From a virus (lineage: Duplodnaviria; Caudoviricetes): DNA of 28,198 nucleotides. The stretch lies in the IMG/VR virus record IMGVR_UViG_3300035148_000122, positions 1 to 28,198 of that record; one strand, given 5' to 3'. This document shows positions 26,443 through 28,198 of the stretch, in pieces. The position numbers and the translations under genes were made by a program. Each line of letters begins with the position of its first letter. Positions within the stretch are counted from its first letter, which is position 1. A model generated the notes under the pieces. That model was not told where the DNA came from and did no database searches. It saw only the letters and a list, made by a program, of their open reading frames with translations.

Positions 26443-26880
26443 TTATCCGACCATTGCGTGCTTGGTCAACACGCAGTAAACAGTAAGTCCGGCGTCTTCA
26501 GTGCGGAGCACAGACAAACAGCCGTTGGTCGTGTCAGCCACGTCCAAACGTCCGTCTGCCGCAAGATCGACGGTCTTCCCACTAAATCCGGAAAGGGCAG
26601 AGGCGTCAGCGGAAGCCTTACCTTTGATGACCATTCCAGGAGCGATAATCGCCACCTTTACAGGGGCGCCCGCAGCCAAAGCCGCGGGTGTCTTTTCAAG
26701 CGCCAATCCAATCGGAGCAACAACGCTCGCAGTAGCTTCATCGACCTGCCCAGAGGCCACGACCAACAAAGTTCCTTCGAGAGTTTCAAGACTGGCTGAC
26801 GCTTCGAGGGTCGCTACGACTGGAACACGGTTGCCCATGAGGTCGTAAACGAATTCCCAAGCATAAGCTGGTGCTGCCAT
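26443..26880 (-). CDS. Putative capsid cement/decoration protein
   Basis: Ala/Val-rich 145 aa between scaffold and MCP; PIGLALE. Confidence 0.65.
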   Translation of the reverse strand: MAAPAYAWEFVYDLMGNRVPVVATLEASASLETLEGTLLVVASGQVDEATASVVAPIGLALEKTPAALAAGAPVKVAIIAPGMVIKGKASADASALSGFSGKTVDLAADGRLDVADTTNGCLSVLRTEDAGLTVYCVLTKHAMVG

Positions 26881-26964
26881 ATAGAAATTCTCCTTGTGTA
26901 AATTTGTTTATCCAGAGGGCAGCTAGTTTTGCGTCATAGAGGACGAATGCTCTGGTTGAATACC

Positions 26965-27636
26965 TTATTCTTCTGCTTGTATCTTAGCGGACTGTTTCAC
27001 AGTTCGCTGGAACGGCTCTGGGGAATCCACACGAAACGCGGCGTATTCCTCAGCAGTGTACCCAAAAGTCGCGGCCACCTGCTTTTCCTCAGGGGACAAC
27101 TCTGGGGTCTTTGACTTTGGTGGTTTTCCATTGTTACCTGACAGTCGTAACCCCGCGCCAATATCGACTGGAGTTGACTTGACCAGGGTAGCGCGATTGT
27201 CAGAGATCCACGCAAGTTTGTCTTCGACGGAGAGCTTTGCGGGGACTAACTTCTTAGCATCAGGCGTCAGGAGCTCAAGTTCAGCTTCAAGGGTCTTCGT
27301 CAAAACCTCTTCTAGGGCGGTGGCTCGAGCTGCCTTTTGACGTTCAGTCTCAAGCTCACTTTTAGCGCTTTCGTACAACGACATATATTCTTGGTTGTCC
27401 TGTTTGCGCTTTTCCTCAGCTGCCTTGGCCTGCGCACGGATCGCGTCCAATTCTTCTTGCGCCTTGTTCTTCTCATCCACAAGTTTCTTGAACCGCGGGT
27501 GCTTGAACGCCTTTTCCCAATCCACATCACTGTCTGACGTGGATTCTACTGCCTTCAAATAAGCTGACTCAACTGAAGTCCGCTCATGCTCGGGCTTGGC
27601 TAAGATCTGATCGATTAATGCTTTGTCTGCGTCCAT
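26965..27636 (-). CDS. Capsid scaffolding protein
   Basis: Charged coiled coil (RFKKLVDEKN), C-terminal LSPEEKQVAATFGYTAEEYA; upstream of capsid genes. Confidence 0.8.
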   Translation of the reverse strand: MDADKALIDQILAKPEHERTSVESAYLKAVESTSDSDVDWEKAFKHPRFKKLVDEKNKAQEELDAIRAQAKAAEEKRKQDNQEYMSLYESAKSELETERQKAARATALEEVLTKTLEAELELLTPDAKKLVPAKLSVEDKLAWISDNRATLVKSTPVDIGAGLRLSGNNGKPPKSKTPELSPEEKQVAATFGYTAEEYAAFRVDSPEPFQRTVKQSAKIQAEE

Positions 27637-27671
27637 TGTTCCTCACTTTTCAGTTTACGCTCTGCAGCGGT

Positions 27672-27908
27672 TTATGGTTCGATACGATTATACCCTATTC
27701 CTGGCTTTTCGGCGTGGGAAGATTTGTACCACTGCCGAATCTCCGCGGTCGTGGGTGTAATCCCCAAAGCCCTTTCTAACGCGTCGACAAGCATTAGTGC
27801 TGATTGCCTCTGCGCTAGAAAGAGCTGAAGGAACGGGTCGTTCAAGACCGACTTGACTGGTTCACGCTTTTGCGGTGAAGAAGCCACAACTGTCCTCGTC
27901 TCTGACAC
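27672..27908 (-). CDS. Hypothetical protein (start uncertain)
   Basis: Fills the gap in the late-strand gene run; no clear RBS. Confidence 0.5.
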   Translation of the reverse strand: MSETRTVVASSPQKREPVKSVLNDPFLQLFLAQRQSALMLVDALERALGITPTTAEIRQWYKSSHAEKPGIGYNRIEP

Positions 27909-28095
27909 GCACGTTGTAGTATATGGAGCTCGGGTTCACGCACGTAGGACCACGGAGCCCGAGTTCAATGTACTTGCAGGATATGCAGCGTGGAGTGACG
28001 CCACCAGCATGCTTGGCCGGGACCGGGGTTGTGGTTTGTGGGACCTCGGCAGCGGGCTCAGGGTCCTCAACGATCGGTTTCTTTTTAGGTGCCAT
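27862..28095 (-). CDS. Small Cys-rich hypothetical protein
   Basis: AAGGAG RBS; CISC...C...C. Confidence 0.6.
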   Translation of the reverse strand: MAPKKKPIVEDPEPAAEVPQTTTPVPAKHAGGVTPRCISCKYIELGLRGPTCVNPSSIYYNVRVRDEDSCGFFTAKA

Positions 28096-28098
28096 TGC

Positions 28099-28197
28099 TC
28101 ATCTCCTTTTCTTCTTTTTAGGACGGATCTTTGTTCCGTACTTTTTCTTCCAGCGCTTGTAAATTGCTGGGTGCTTCCATCTCATAAAGTTTCGCTG
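28099..28197 (-). CDS. 3' part of a small very basic protein (partial)
   Basis: QRNFMRWKHPAIYKRWKKKYGTKIRPKKKKRR*; runs off the window end. Confidence 0.55.
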   Translation of the reverse strand, partial: QRNFMRWKHPAIYKRWKKKYGTKIRPKKKKRR

Positions 28198-28198
28198 T

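Noticed and set aside
27687-27692. TATAAT on the - strand upstream of the scaffold gene
   Set aside because: No -35 or TG extension, and it lies inside a probable ORF; cannot be supported as a promoter.
1-28198. Stop-codon reassignment, tRNA genes, CRISPR arrays, integrase
   Set aside because: Genes are intact in the standard code and end in TAA, TGA or TAG; no cloverleaf, repeat-spacer array or recombinase motif was seen by eye.

Overview
This window is part of a tailed dsDNA phage genome with siphovirus-type morphogenesis genes, arranged as two convergent arms that meet at a bidirectional terminator near 8450-8487. The + strand (1-8437) is an early/replication arm. It carries a DUF932-like fragment, an AT-rich HNH-AP2 homing endonuclease, and an apparent nucleotide-level cytosine-modification module: dNMP kinase fused to a UDG-fold domain, a putative ssDNA-binding protein, a thymidylate-synthase homolog with the dCMP-type Asp, a small-molecule-type SAM methyltransferase, a family A DNA polymerase with an atypical O-helix, and an all-alpha dUTPase/dCTPase. 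The - strand (8488-28198) is the late arm: scaffold, decoration, Mu gpT-like capsid, neck, tail tube, -1 frameshifted tail chaperones, tape measure, tail tip/fibre proteins and a lysis cassette. The cassette has a GH25+NAGPA-like endolysin with a probable internal start, two unannotated micro membrane proteins and a holin. The best candidate for a new system is the TS(Asp) + SAM methyltransferase + kinase-UDG cluster, which may make a non-canonical cytosine. All calls come from motif recognition by eye; no searches were run.
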